Source of the DNA: Bacillota bacterium
Lineage (GTDB): Bacteria; Bacillota; DTU025
DNA: 64,000 bases
Direction of reading: 5' to 3'
Assembly (NCBI GenBank): GCA_050951805.1
Contig: JBMNJT010000002.1
Location: 832,001 to 896,000 of the forward strand
Shown here: positions 52,932 to 62,787 of the stretch, piece after piece
Position numbering within the stretch: position 1 is the stretch's first letter
Layout: each line of letters starts with the position of its first letter
Notes under the pieces: model-generated
What the model was told of the DNA's origin: nothing
Seen by the model: only the letters and a program-made list of their open reading frames with translations
The model's database searches: none
Position numbers and translations under genes: made by a program

Positions 52932-53498
52932 ATGGGAGTGGCGGATTTGACAAGAGATGAAGCGTTGTGCGTGGTAAAAGCAAATGTGCGAAATGGCAAT
53001 CTGGTTAAGCACATGATAGCCTGTGGTGCGTGCATGAAGGCGCTTGCTTCGAGGTTCGGCGAAGACGAGGCCAAATGGGAGCTGGCGGGGCTTCTCCACG
53101 ACATCGACTATGATAGTGCTGGGTCAGATCCATCACGTCATTCGTTGGAAGGAGCGGAGGTGCTAGATGGAATGGGCGTTGATCCTGATGTGGTCTATGC
53201 AGTGAAGGTCCATAACGACTACCACGGACTGCCCAGGAAAGCACCGATGGATCGCGCCCTGTACGCAGTTGATCCGCTCACTGGCTTGATTGTTGCATCT
53301 GCGCTGATTCATCCTTCCAGGAAACTGGCGGCCATAGATACTGATTTCGTTATCAACCGTTATCGTGAGAAAGGATTTGCCAAAGGTGCGCGGCGGGACC
53401 AGATTGCCTGTTGCGATGAGCTGGGAATGGATTTGCGGGAATTCATAGGAGTCTGCCTGGGCGCAATGTGCGATTGCGCAGATGAGTTGGGACTGTAA
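52932..53498 (+). CDS. HD/HDIG-domain metal-dependent hydrolase (start uncertain)
   Basis: TRDEAL, KHM, GLLHDIDY, D.LTGLI, FAKGA. Confidence 0.8.
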   Translation: MGVADLTRDEALCVVKANVRNGNLVKHMIACGACMKALASRFGEDEAKWELAGLLHDIDYDSAGSDPSRHSLEGAEVLDGMGVDPDVVYAVKVHNDYHGLPRKAPMDRALYAVDPLTGLIVASALIHPSRKLAAIDTDFVINRYREKGFAKGARRDQIACCDELGMDLREFIGVCLGAMCDCADELGL

Positions 53499-53525
53499 TG
53501 GAAGTCTTCCGTATACTGAGGGGAG

Positions 53526-54002
53526 GTGTGTCCGCTGGCTGAAAAGGGATCATCTGTGAAGCTGGTTGCAACTAACAGAAAAGCGAGGCACGAGTACTTT
53601 ATCGAGGAGACGTATGAAGCCGGGATCGCGCTTACAGGAACCGAGATTCAGAGCGTTAGGCAGGGAAGGGTCAGCCTGGCGGATGCGTACGCTGAGGTGC
53701 GCAATGGCGAAGTGTTCTTGATCAATGCGCACATTGCCGAATACGACTTTGGGAACAGGTTCAACCATGATCCGCGTAGACCTCGCAAGCTTCTTCTCCA
53801 TAAGAAGGAGATAATGCGGCTCGACTCTCGCGTTCGCGAGCGGGGATACACCATTGTTCCGCTGAAGATGTATATTGTTCGTGGCTATGCCAAGGTCGAG
53901 ATCGCGCTCGCAAAAGGGAAGAAGACCTGGGACAAGCGACGGGATATTGCAGAGCGAGATGCTAGACGTGAAATGGATAGGGCTGCCAAGGCGAGACGTT
54001 AA
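53526..54002 (+). CDS. smpB: SsrA-binding protein
   Basis: [32 protein letters not shown]. Confidence 0.97.
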   Translation: MCPLAEKGSSVKLVATNRKARHEYFIEETYEAGIALTGTEIQSVRQGRVSLADAYAEVRNGEVFLINAHIAEYDFGNRFNHDPRRPRKLLLHKKEIMRLDSRVRERGYTIVPLKMYIVRGYAKVEIALAKGKKTWDKRRDIAERDARREMDRAAKARR

Positions 54003-54060
54003 AGGATGGGTGTGACCAAGATCAATGGAAGTGTATGCCATTGCACATATGCTGATCCAT

Positions 54061-54090
54061 TTGATCGAGTTGGCGGCCGCGTGGTATAAT
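54061..54090 (+). promoter_or_regulatory. sigma-A promoter of ssrA
   Basis: TTGATC-18 nt-TATAAT with extended TG. Confidence 0.7.
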
Positions 54091-54104
54091 ATTGTGTAAG
54101 ATAT

Positions 54105-54455
54105 GGGGGCGTTACGGTTTCGACGGAGAGTGCTGTGAGAGGCGCAGCGAGCCGAGATCCCACCTACTCGTTAATCGGTGGAAGCACGATAAGTGCCAAC
54201 GATTACGCTTACGCTGCTTAATTAACTAAGTAGCCGTCCGACCCGATCTTCTCCCGAAAGCTCGGCTAGGGCGTCATCTAAGTCGGGATGCTTGCGTGTC
54301 AATTCTCGGAGGCACGCACTAAGAATATCGAGATAGTCCCCGGGCAGCGTGCCCGTGCGCGGCTCGTGGGGCGAAAACAAGTATGCGGGCTACGCTCGTA
54401 GAAGTGCCTCAAGTGGCCTTTTCGGACCCGGGTTCGACTCCCGGCGCCTCCACCA
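54105..54455 (+). ncRNA. ssrA: tmRNA; tag reading frame ANDYAYAA* (54195-54221)
   Basis: 5' GGGGGCG..GGTTTCGAC, T-arm GGTTCGACTCC, 3' CGCCTCCACCA; follows smpB. Confidence 0.97.
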
Positions 54456-54772
54456 TTTTTATGCGCTTTTCGGCGCTATGAATGAGGTTCGCAGTCTTAT
54501 CCCATCAGGGAGGGCTGCGAATTGTTGCTTTATATGGGGCTGAGTCGATCTTACGACAATACGGGATGAGCGAATCGATTCTGCTTCGGGAAAAATGGCC
54601 TTATAGACGATTGCGTGATGCAAGCGGATCACGAGTGGGAATGGCTAGATTCTTGGCTTGTGGATGTCGGCACTGCTTTTCAGAATATGTTGCGGAAATC
54701 ACAATTTGGATAATGCGGAGGAATAAGCGTGCACATGGAGAAAGTACCTTCGTTAAGGAGGTGTATTGTTAT

Positions 54773-55384
54773 ATGCAGGCTCGAATAGGTAAACCAGCTC
54801 CGGATTTCGAGACAGGGGCATTTGTTGCTGGTGAGTTCAAAAAAGTCAAACTATCAAACTATCGTGGTAAATGGGTTGTTCTATGTTTTTATCCGGGAGA
54901 TTTTACATTTGTTTGACCTACTGAGCTGGCGGCGGTCGCCGTCAAGTATCCTGAGCTTCAATCCATGGGCGCGGAAGTGCTCGCGATAAGTGTCGACAGC
55001 AAGTTCAGTCACAAGATATGGCAAGAAACTGAGCTATCGAAAATGGTTGCAGGCGGGGTGCCCTATCCGATCCTGGCGGATCAGGGTGGAAAGATTGGTA
55101 CTCTCTACGGGGTTTATGATGAGGAAGCCGGTGTAAATGTCAGAGGGCGGTTCATAATCGATCCAGATGGAGTTATCCAGGCGATGGAGGTATTGACGCC
55201 ACCAGTGGGCCGTAACGTATCTGAGCTTGTTAGGCAGGTAAATGCTTACCAGCATCATAGAGCCACCGGCGATGTCATGCCCTCTGGCTGGGAGCCTGGG
55301 AAGCCAACGCTCAAGCCAGGACCTAGCTTAGTGGGTCGGGTATGGGAAGTTTGGAAGCCCGAACAGGCCTTCGGTAAGCGCTAG
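54773..55384 (+). CDS. prxU: Selenocysteine-containing peroxiredoxin (203 aa, Sec48)
   Basis: [12 protein letters not shown](54914-54916)-PTE is in frame with the downstream AhpC half; SECIS-like hairpin follows. Confidence 0.92.
54927..54944 (+). promoter_or_regulatory. Bacterial SECIS-like hairpin
   Basis: TGGCGGC-GGTC-GCCGTCA, starting 11 nt after the UGA. Confidence 0.7.
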
Positions 55385-55415
55385 GACATGACGCAGTCTC
55401 GCGGGGAACCGTGTC

Positions 55416-55440
55416 GATGGGGGCCGCAAGGGCCTCCGTC
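55416..55440 (+). terminator. Terminator-like hairpin after prxU
   Basis: GATGGGGGCC-gcaag-GGCCTCCGTC then CTTT. Confidence 0.5.
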
Positions 55441-55660
55441 CTTTCCGTACATTATGGGTTGTCACCAAACGCATCACGTAAGAATGCGCTGGCACATGCT
55501 GGTGATAGAAAGTTAACCATCGTTTCTAGCAACTGATTGTTCGGGATCCTAAGGCATCTCCTAGAGGTTCGCAGTATATCTTGAGATTGTTCTTGCAATC
55601 AAATGAGCATTCAACCGTAGATGTGCTGTGAAAAGTCAATAGCCGATGAACTTCAGACTA

Positions 55661-56520
55661 TTACTGGCGGTCAGATCCCCGTTGATGTAAAAATGCCTTT
55701 TGTCCAGGTGAACAGTGGATCACCACATCGTTAGCTCCCTTGCTTAAGCCGCATCTGAGGTATCTGATAACGATGATGGTAATAGTGGCTCCGCTGATTT
55801 TGGGTACAGCGTAGCCGCGATGATAGAGCCTGAACCCAGAGTCTACAGTAATTTGTCTGTCTGAGACTACATACGCCCCGTGTATCTTCTTGTTTGGTTT
55901 GCTGAAGATGTAGCTTTTCGTGTGGTGCATGCTACTACAGTCACTGTCTCGGTTCCCACCTGCACAACAAAGTCTCTGCCTTTCCTTTAACCAGAATCTG
56001 TCTTTATCTAGTTGTAAACCTTCTTGGTGATGCACTCTGCTATCAAGAGGGCTTGCACTCGGCTTTTGTCGTTTGCTTGTATCCGATATGTGGATGACGA
56101 TATCCCAAGGAGTGCGACGCCGAAGATTGCCAGCAGTATCAGGCTTGCCATAGATATGAGCATTGCCGATCCGTGCTGGCGACGCAAGAGTCGGCCATCC
56201 GCACGCCTCCCATTATTGCCTTATAACGACTGCAGTATCGGCGTATGGGGCCTTGATTGTGCAAGAATCCTTTGTCTGTTTGACAGAACCAAGCAGTAAT
56301 CTGTATTCGCCTGAGCCGCTAGCGCGTTGGCTGAGATGTCTGTGATGATCAGTCTCTATAAGGATTAGGCCTTCGGCGTTTCATGAAGAGCGTCTATTGT
56401 GCGACGCTTCTATTCTTCCTCTTGTGATAGTCACAGATATCGCCCATGTCCTATTGGGTTCGATTTTAGCGGGGGCTACGTCCGTGTCTCGACTGAAAAC
56501 TCCGTTGCCGGAAGCATTGA
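55661..56520 (-). pseudogene. Decayed type IV minor-pilin genes (PilV/PilW/PilX-like)
   Basis: Manual minus-strand translation: RRQHG|SAMLISMASLILLAIFGVALLGISSSTYRIQANDKSRVQALLIAE then TAG at 56010; upstream NAEG|LILIE+frameshift+LIIT (56374-56354). Confidence 0.6.
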
Positions 56521-56820
56521 GAAGAAGTGCGACCCGTGCAAATCGATGGACTCAAGGGCAAGATTGGAGCAGCGCCGCGATTGTTACACCTAAACGTGAT
56601 CAGAGCCTCGATGCCTCGCCTTCGGGGAATGTTATAGCATGAGCAAGTTATTGCGCGATAATCGCCCGGGTCTGGCTCGCATGGTACCTGTTAATGAAGG
56701 AATGCTCCCGAAACGGAAGATGAGGTCGAGTGGAGATAGACTGGCCGGTGCGGAGGATTTGGCATGACGCTGACGAAGAAATGAGCGCACATTCGTTTAA
56801 CCATATAAGGATAGATGTAG

Positions 56821-57783
56821 GTGGAATCTGATTTGAAAGAAGAGCGAGTTACTGAGGCGTCCATCTCCTCTCTTAGGAGGCTTGCCAAGGAGCGTGGGTG
56901 GACAATGGAGGAAAGAGATATCGAACACGGTCGTCAGGCAAGGGTGAGCGATGGAGAGAACAAGGCGACCATCTCATTTTACACTACAGGCAAGGCACTC
57001 ATTCAGGGTCGACCATCCTCGCTCACCGAGGAACTCGATTCTTGGTGGGCCGGTTCGCATTTGAATCGCAGCGCGTATGTGCCGCCTCCGAACTCAGGGC
57101 ATGGCAGTGATGCTAACAAGCCCTCCTATTCAGGGCGTGCGCGCGCCAGAGGGGTTGCAAGGATCGGAATTGACGAGTCGGGGAAAGGCGACTATTTTGG
57201 CCCACTGGTAGCTGCAGGTGTTTATGTGGACGCTCAGACAGAGACTGAGCTTCTCAGCAGTGGCGTGCAGGATAGCAAGCGTCTGGCTGATAAGCGCATT
57301 ATGGAGCTTTCAGGGTTGATAGTGGAAATATGTCCACATTCGGTTGTGGCCATTGGCCCTGCACGCTACAACGGGCTGTACAAGAAAATGGGCAATGTCA
57401 ATTCCATGCTTGCGTGGGCTCATGCCAGATGCTTGGAGAACCTTCTTGAGACGGTCAGCTGTGAGCTTGCAGTGTCGGACCAGTTCGGCGACGAGTCATA
57501 TCTTAAGAATGCTTTGATGCATCGAGGGAGGCAGATAACTCTGGAACAGCGGCCACGGGCCGAGGAGGATGTTGCGGTTGCAGCCGCCTCTATACTGGCC
57601 CGAGCCGAGTTCGTTCGCAGGTTAGAGTCCCTTTCTCAACAGGCCGGAGTTGAGTTGCCGAAGGGGGCATCAGATCCTCGCATTGTCGAAGTGGCTTCGG
57701 AGATCATTGCGCGCGAGGGACGGGACGCTCTCGCGAATTATGCTAAGGTTCATTTCAGGACTACTGACGCTCTGGGTGTATGA
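56821..57783 (+). CDS. rnhC: Ribonuclease HIII
   Basis: N-terminal FYTTGKALIQG domain; IGIDESGKGDYFGPL, DSK, SDQF, VAAASILAR. Confidence 0.92.
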   Translation: MESDLKEERVTEASISSLRRLAKERGWTMEERDIEHGRQARVSDGENKATISFYTTGKALIQGRPSSLTEELDSWWAGSHLNRSAYVPPPNSGHGSDANKPSYSGRARARGVARIGIDESGKGDYFGPLVAAGVYVDAQTETELLSSGVQDSKRLADKRIMELSGLIVEICPHSVVAIGPARYNGLYKKMGNVNSMLAWAHARCLENLLETVSCELAVSDQFGDESYLKNALMHRGRQITLEQRPRAEEDVAVAAASILARAEFVRRLESLSQQAGVELPKGASDPRIVEVASEIIAREGRDALANYAKVHFRTTDALGV

Positions 57784-57843
57784 CATACCTGTGCAGAAGC
57801 CCGGCGACGCGGCGCAATACTGCGATTTTTGGGGGTAGGTGTG

Positions 57844-58350
57844 ATGACAGAATATCAACGGCCACAGCAGAAGCGGAGCAGGATTGTAGGTACGCTGTTG
57901 ATTGCTATAGGCTGTTTTCTTTTGGCGGCCCAGTTTCTCGACACCAGATTGGTTAGCCTCTTGGTACTCCCATTGCTTGGGTTCATCTTCCTTGCTTGGG
58001 GGACTGTTGGGGCGAACAAGGCAATGGCAATTCCAGGCGGCATACTATTGGGCATTGGTACAGGTGTGATAATGTCGGAGGAAGTATTCTGGTATCTTGG
58101 GCAACCGGCTTCAACCGGAGTCTTCCTGGTTTGTTTCGCCTTAGGCTGGCTCGTGGCCTATATCGTCTCTTACAAGACCGGAGGCAGAAAGACATCGTGG
58201 CTGCTTGTGTTAGGCGTCGTTCTTGCGGCTGTCGGCATTCCGCTTATCCTTGCTCAGACTGCGCCGGAAATTGTTAAGTGGATTGCCACGTATTGGCCTG
58301 CACTTTTAATTGCAGCGGGGATCATGCTCATCGTTCGAGGGGTCAAATAA
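57844..58350 (+). CDS. Hypothetical membrane protein (LiaI/LiaF-like, YWPALLI motif)
   Basis: About six hydrophobic segments. Confidence 0.65.
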   Translation: MTEYQRPQQKRSRIVGTLLIAIGCFLLAAQFLDTRLVSLLVLPLLGFIFLAWGTVGANKAMAIPGGILLGIGTGVIMSEEVFWYLGQPASTGVFLVCFALGWLVAYIVSYKTGGRKTSWLLVLGVVLAAVGIPLILAQTAPEIVKWIATYWPALLIAAGIMLIVRGVK

Positions 58351-58435
58351 CGTGTCTGATGAGTGTGATATAACTCGTCCTGTGCAATCATGTTTTCCGC
58401 ATGAGAAAGATAAGAGGGATATGGAGGTAGACAAG

Positions 58436-59614
58436 ATGAAACCGAGGATTATCAAAGAAGGCGTGACTTGGGTGGGTGCGGTGGATTGGGACAGGCGCCT
58501 CTTCGATTGCCTAGTCCCCATTCCCGATGGGACTAGCTACAACTCATACCTGGTACAAGGCAAGGATAAGACTGTGCTTCTCGACACCGTTGACCCTAGC
58601 ATGGTCGGGCAACTCGTGGACCATCTGTCGGATATTTCAACCATCGACTATGTAGTAGCCCATCATGCGGAGCAAGACCATTCAGGATCTATTCCGAAAA
58701 TACTGGAAATGTATCCTGAGGCCAAAGTAGTCTGCACGCCGAAATGCGTAGAGATGCTCGTCGATCTTCTGCATGTAGACAGGCATAGGATCATCTCCGT
58801 GGAGGACGGAGACATGATCGATCTTGGAGGACGGACATTGAGGTTTGTTCACGCGCCTTGGGTTCATTGGCCTGAAACGATGTTCACATATCTGGAAGAA
58901 GACAAGATCCTCTTCACCTGCGATTTCCTCGGCTCTCACCTTGCCACGAGCCAGCTCTATTCGAAGAATGAGCCTGCAGAGGAGGCAGCTGCCAAGAGAT
59001 ATTTTGCTGAAATAATGATGCCGTTTGGCAGTATGATAGTGAAAAACCTCGATAAGATTTCGGCATACGACATAGAGATTGTGGCGCCCAGCCATGGCCC
59101 GATTCACGACAATCCCGAGTTCATAATCGAAAGATATAAAGAGTGGACCTCGGGGCCCATGAAGAACGAGGTTTGCATTGCCTATGTGAGCATGCATGGG
59201 AGCACGGCCGCAATGGTGGACGCACTAGTCGAAGAATTGGTTGAACGAGGAGTTGGCGTCAGGCGATTCGAGCTCACCGGGTCTGATACAGGCGCTATTG
59301 CTATGTCGCTGGTGGATGCGGCGACAGTTGTAATAGCCACGCCTACTGTGCTCGCAGGCGCTCATCCCGCTGCTGCCTATGTGGCCTTCCTCGCCAACGC
59401 TCTTAGGCCGAGGACCCGATATCTGTCGGTGCTTACTTCCTACAGCTGGGGAGGGAAGGCTGTTGAGCAGATCGCAGGGATGACTACAAATCTCAGAGCA
59501 GAGGTATTGGAACCGGTCATCTGCAAGGGACTCCCAAGGGAGGATGATTTTGCGGCGATTGCAAGACTTGCCGAGCTCATCGCGGAAAAGCATAGGGAGA
59601 TAGGGATACTGTGA
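58436..59614 (+). CDS. fprA: FprA-family flavodiiron protein
   Basis: GTSYNSY, HAEQDHSG, HWPETM, CDFLG.H, PSHG, flavodoxin SMHGST. Confidence 0.92.
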   Translation: MKPRIIKEGVTWVGAVDWDRRLFDCLVPIPDGTSYNSYLVQGKDKTVLLDTVDPSMVGQLVDHLSDISTIDYVVAHHAEQDHSGSIPKILEMYPEAKVVCTPKCVEMLVDLLHVDRHRIISVEDGDMIDLGGRTLRFVHAPWVHWPETMFTYLEEDKILFTCDFLGSHLATSQLYSKNEPAEEAAAKRYFAEIMMPFGSMIVKNLDKISAYDIEIVAPSHGPIHDNPEFIIERYKEWTSGPMKNEVCIAYVSMHGSTAAMVDALVEELVERGVGVRRFELTGSDTGAIAMSLVDAATVVIATPTVLAGAHPAAAYVAFLANALRPRTRYLSVLTSYSWGGKAVEQIAGMTTNLRAEVLEPVICKGLPREDDFAAIARLAELIAEKHREIGIL

Positions 59615-59672
59615 TCCTGTTCGCATCTGGCAAGACGGTCCTTGAGTGTCGGAGATGGAGGGGCATTGATCA

Positions 59673-60227
59673 ATGGCTAATGAACGAATAAGTGTGGTGC
59701 AAGGTGACATAACTTTGGAACGTGTAGATGCCATTGTCAACGCGGCAAACAGCAGCTTGCTTGGGGGAGGAGGCGTAGACGGCGCCATACATCGGGCTGC
59801 CGGTCCTAAGCTGCTTACTGAATGCAGAAGGATAGGAGGATGCGATACGGGAGAAGCTGTCGTTACCGGAGGATATCGTCTGCCCGCCAAATGGGTGATA
59901 CACACGGTCGGTCCCGTATGGCATGGCGGTGGACTCGGCGAAGCAGAATTGCTGACGAATTGTTATCGGAATGCTCTGCGTCTTGCTGTAGAAAATGGTG
60001 CGCGCACTGTGGCTTTTCCGTCGATCAGCACTGGCGCCTATCGTTATCCGGTAGACGAGGCATCGCGAATTGCGATTCGTACAGTATCGGAGTTCCTGTC
60101 TGTAGATGACACCATAGAGGAGGTCAGATTCGTCTGTTTTGACACACATACGTATTCCGCGTACCAGAGGGCTCTCGAGGAGCACCTGGGCACTCAGGGC
60201 CTGCCGCGGAACTCAGCGTCGCCATGA
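59673..60227 (+). CDS. Macrodomain O-acetyl-ADP-ribose deacetylase (YmdB-like)
   Basis: GDIT, IVNAAN, GGGVDGAIH, ISTGAY. Confidence 0.93.
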   Translation: MANERISVVQGDITLERVDAIVNAANSSLLGGGGVDGAIHRAAGPKLLTECRRIGGCDTGEAVVTGGYRLPAKWVIHTVGPVWHGGGLGEAELLTNCYRNALRLAVENGARTVAFPSISTGAYRYPVDEASRIAIRTVSEFLSVDDTIEEVRFVCFDTHTYSAYQRALEEHLGTQGLPRNSASP

Positions 60228-60617
60228 CGGAGTCTGCTCGTTAGCAGATCGTGGTCGGCATGTTCGGCGGGTTAATGGTATACTCTTGCGTTGGCAGTGG
60301 ATTTGTGCAAGGGAGATATGTGGAGTTTGCCGGTGATGTTTGGCATCACGATTAACACTTCACTAGCTTAGCCGTATCCGGCTTTGCTCAGCTCAGTCTG
60401 TAGCGACTCTTCTGTCAAATGGAGAGCATTGAGGTTTTCGTAGTGCACTTTTCTCTCCAACTCTACCGTCTGAGCGAGGCCGAAGAACCTTATAATGCAG
60501 CTCTCATGACAGAAGATGCCATGATGTTCGGAATGTCAACGCAAAACACATAATACTATGAATAAAAAGTTCAATTGCCGTAACAAGTGTCTGAGACTTC
60601 AGTGGTGGAGATCGAGT

Positions 60618-60669
60618 AAAAAAGAGGGGAATTTCGACGCAATAGCGAGGCCGACGTCGTTTCCCCTCT
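60618..60669 (-). terminator. Intrinsic terminator of small membrane protein gene
   Basis: Minus strand AGAGGGGA...TCCCCTCT followed by a T run. Confidence 0.65.
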
Positions 60670-60710
60670 ACTTGTAATTAAGTTATGAGTCCGTTAATTG
60701 CTGATTTTGG

Positions 60711-60986
60711 TCAGCTTTCTAATTCCCCTTGGCCAGATAAAGCGAAGATTCCTCCGATAAGAAGGATTGCGCCGGGCCAACCGAAGTCGCCTTTACCAAA
60801 GATCCAGCCGAGAACAGCGGCAATAAGCATGATGATGCCAGCCCATTTCGGGTACGCCATTGCACAGCAAGCTGCAATGAGTCCCGCTATGGAGATAAGA
60901 ACAACAAGCCATCTCAGATCATCAACTGGAACGAACATACCCCAGATTGAACCAATCAGCCCGAGTATGAGTCCGGTAACTCGCAT
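60711..60986 (-). CDS. Small hydrophobic membrane protein (DUF4064-like)
   Basis: GAGGAGGG RBS; LGLIGSIWG, PKWAGIIML, AILLIGGI. Confidence 0.7.
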   Translation of the reverse strand: MRVTGLILGLIGSIWGMFVPVDDLRWLVVLISIAGLIAACCAMAYPKWAGIIMLIAAVLGWIFGKGDFGWPGAILLIGGIFALSGQGELES

Positions 60987-61497
60987 TCTAGTCCCTCCTC
61001 ACATTTAATCACTCTTGTGCCTGGTTCAGTACAAACGCGTCGGCCTCGCCACGTCCGACACTGACCTTGGACACAACTTGGAAACCAAATCATACGGCTT
61101 CCAACTATTAGCTTAATCGTTCTCTCCAATACTGTCAACCGAAGAAGATGAATTCTTACGCAATATTGCGCAAACACGCTAAAAACCACGAGGTCAATGC
61201 GGAATCCACGTCGGTTGTACCCCCGAAAAGGCGATGGGCAAGGGAAGATCTCGTGACATTTTCTGTTAGCCGGGCAGCTTGGCGTGTATGCCCTTGGGGC
61301 CCTGGGGCGGCAAGAGTAATCTTGGTGATTGAGAAGGCAAGATAACACCGGGAATGAGGGCATTGCTATAGGATACGGGGTAGGCGGTGCTTGAAGCTAG
61401 ATAGGGAGTCGCCATAAGAAGTTGGAAGGGCTCATAATTGCGCAGAGGTTGACTGATGAGAAGGAGTTTGGGAGGAGCTGTCGAAGTATGCAAGCAA

Positions 61498-61578
61498 TAC
61501 AACCGGTTGCAAACATAATCATAGTAAGGACAGAATGCCGAGATAAATAAGGTATTATGAGTAAAACAACCGATTGCT
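61498..61578. promoter_or_regulatory. Two LacI-type operator-like palindromes
   Basis: TACAACCGGTTGCA (61498-61511) and AACAACCGATTGCT (61565-61578), central CG-type dyad upstream of the LacI gene. Confidence 0.55.
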
Positions 61579-61596
61579 ATGCTAGGAGATGTTGCA

Positions 61597-62640
61597 ATGA
61601 GGCCGACGCTTCAAGATATGGCGGATATTCTCAATTTGTCTAAATCAACAGTGTCAAGAGCGTTGTCTGGCGATCCTCGTGTAGCCCAAGCTACCCGCGC
61701 CAGGGTTGAATCTCTTGCAAAGAGCATCGGCTACACGCCTAACCCGATTGCTCGAGGGCTTGCGACTCGCCGGACCAACACAATTGGTCTTGCGGTTCCA
61801 TGTGCACCTCGCTCGCTGTCTGACCCGTTTTACTTGGAGTTTCTAGGGCATGCGGGCAATGCGGCCATGAAATGCGGTTATAGCTTATTGCTATCGGCGG
61901 CAGAAGAGGACGGTGCAGACACTCATAATGCGCATGTGCGGCTGGCAAGTTCCGCTAGGATCGACGGGATGATCCTGACTGAACCAAAGATCAAAGATGA
62001 ACGAATTGCGGCATTAAAAAAGGCGGGCATTCCCTTTGTCTTCCTTGGGATGACGTCTGATCCAGATGTGTCGTGGGTTAGTTGTGACAACAGGCTTGGC
62101 GCTGCTGAAGCGGTAGCGTGGCTTACGGGGCTTGGGCATACCAGGATCGCGTGTCTTACCGGTCCTGCGGATCAAACGGCTTCCGATGCTCGATATCGAG
62201 GCTATTGCGAGGCCCTGGACGAGGCTGGAATTCCCCTTGACCTCAATATCGTGGCTTCAGGGGATTTCACTCAAGCTGGAGGGCATGCTGCCATGAGGGA
62301 AATATTGGAACGTGGGAAGACTGTGTCAGCCGTATTCGCCTCAAATGATGTCATGGCGCTGGGCGCTATGTGCGCTCTTCGCGAGAGTGGACTGTCGGTG
62401 CCAGAGGACGTGTCGCTTGTTGGCTTTGATGGGATCGCTTTCGCGCAATACTCGACGCCGCCATTGGCAACTGTGCAGCAGCCCATTGATGAGTTGGGAA
62501 ATGCTTCGGTTGAAGTTCTCATAAAACTGATGTGTGGAGATAACGGGGGACCTATACATCGGGTGATGCCGGCGAGGTTCCGGCCTGCTGGCTCTGTGGC
62601 TGCGCCAGGGCGTGCTTTTGTGTTGGAAAGCCCGGATTGA
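61597..62640 (+). CDS. LacI-family transcriptional regulator
   Basis: TLQDMA..LNLSKSTVSRAL HTH, GYTPN, NDVMALG, VGFDG, PPLATV. Confidence 0.95.
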   Translation: MRPTLQDMADILNLSKSTVSRALSGDPRVAQATRARVESLAKSIGYTPNPIARGLATRRTNTIGLAVPCAPRSLSDPFYLEFLGHAGNAAMKCGYSLLLSAAEEDGADTHNAHVRLASSARIDGMILTEPKIKDERIAALKKAGIPFVFLGMTSDPDVSWVSCDNRLGAAEAVAWLTGLGHTRIACLTGPADQTASDARYRGYCEALDEAGIPLDLNIVASGDFTQAGGHAAMREILERGKTVSAVFASNDVMALGAMCALRESGLSVPEDVSLVGFDGIAFAQYSTPPLATVQQPIDELGNASVEVLIKLMCGDNGGPIHRVMPARFRPAGSVAAPGRAFVLESPD

Positions 62641-62787
62641 ATGTAGTTTGCGACGTACCAAGCTGGAATCCGCCTACAAGATTGGAGGTGATGCTGCGAT
62701 CATTTCGCCGAGCTCAACCCTGTGAGTGTCAGTTTTTGTAAGCGAGCACGAGTTAGCCAAGAAAACTGCGAAAGCGGAGGGATTACA

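Noticed and set aside
54482-54916. Peroxiredoxin as split gene or pseudogene
   Set aside because: The in-frame UGA at the catalytic position with a SECIS-like hairpin is better explained by selenocysteine.
54484-55575. 12-bp direct repeat GAGGTTCGCAGT flanking prxU (54484-54495, 55564-55575)
   Set aside because: Short, no mobility gene or IRs; could be chance.
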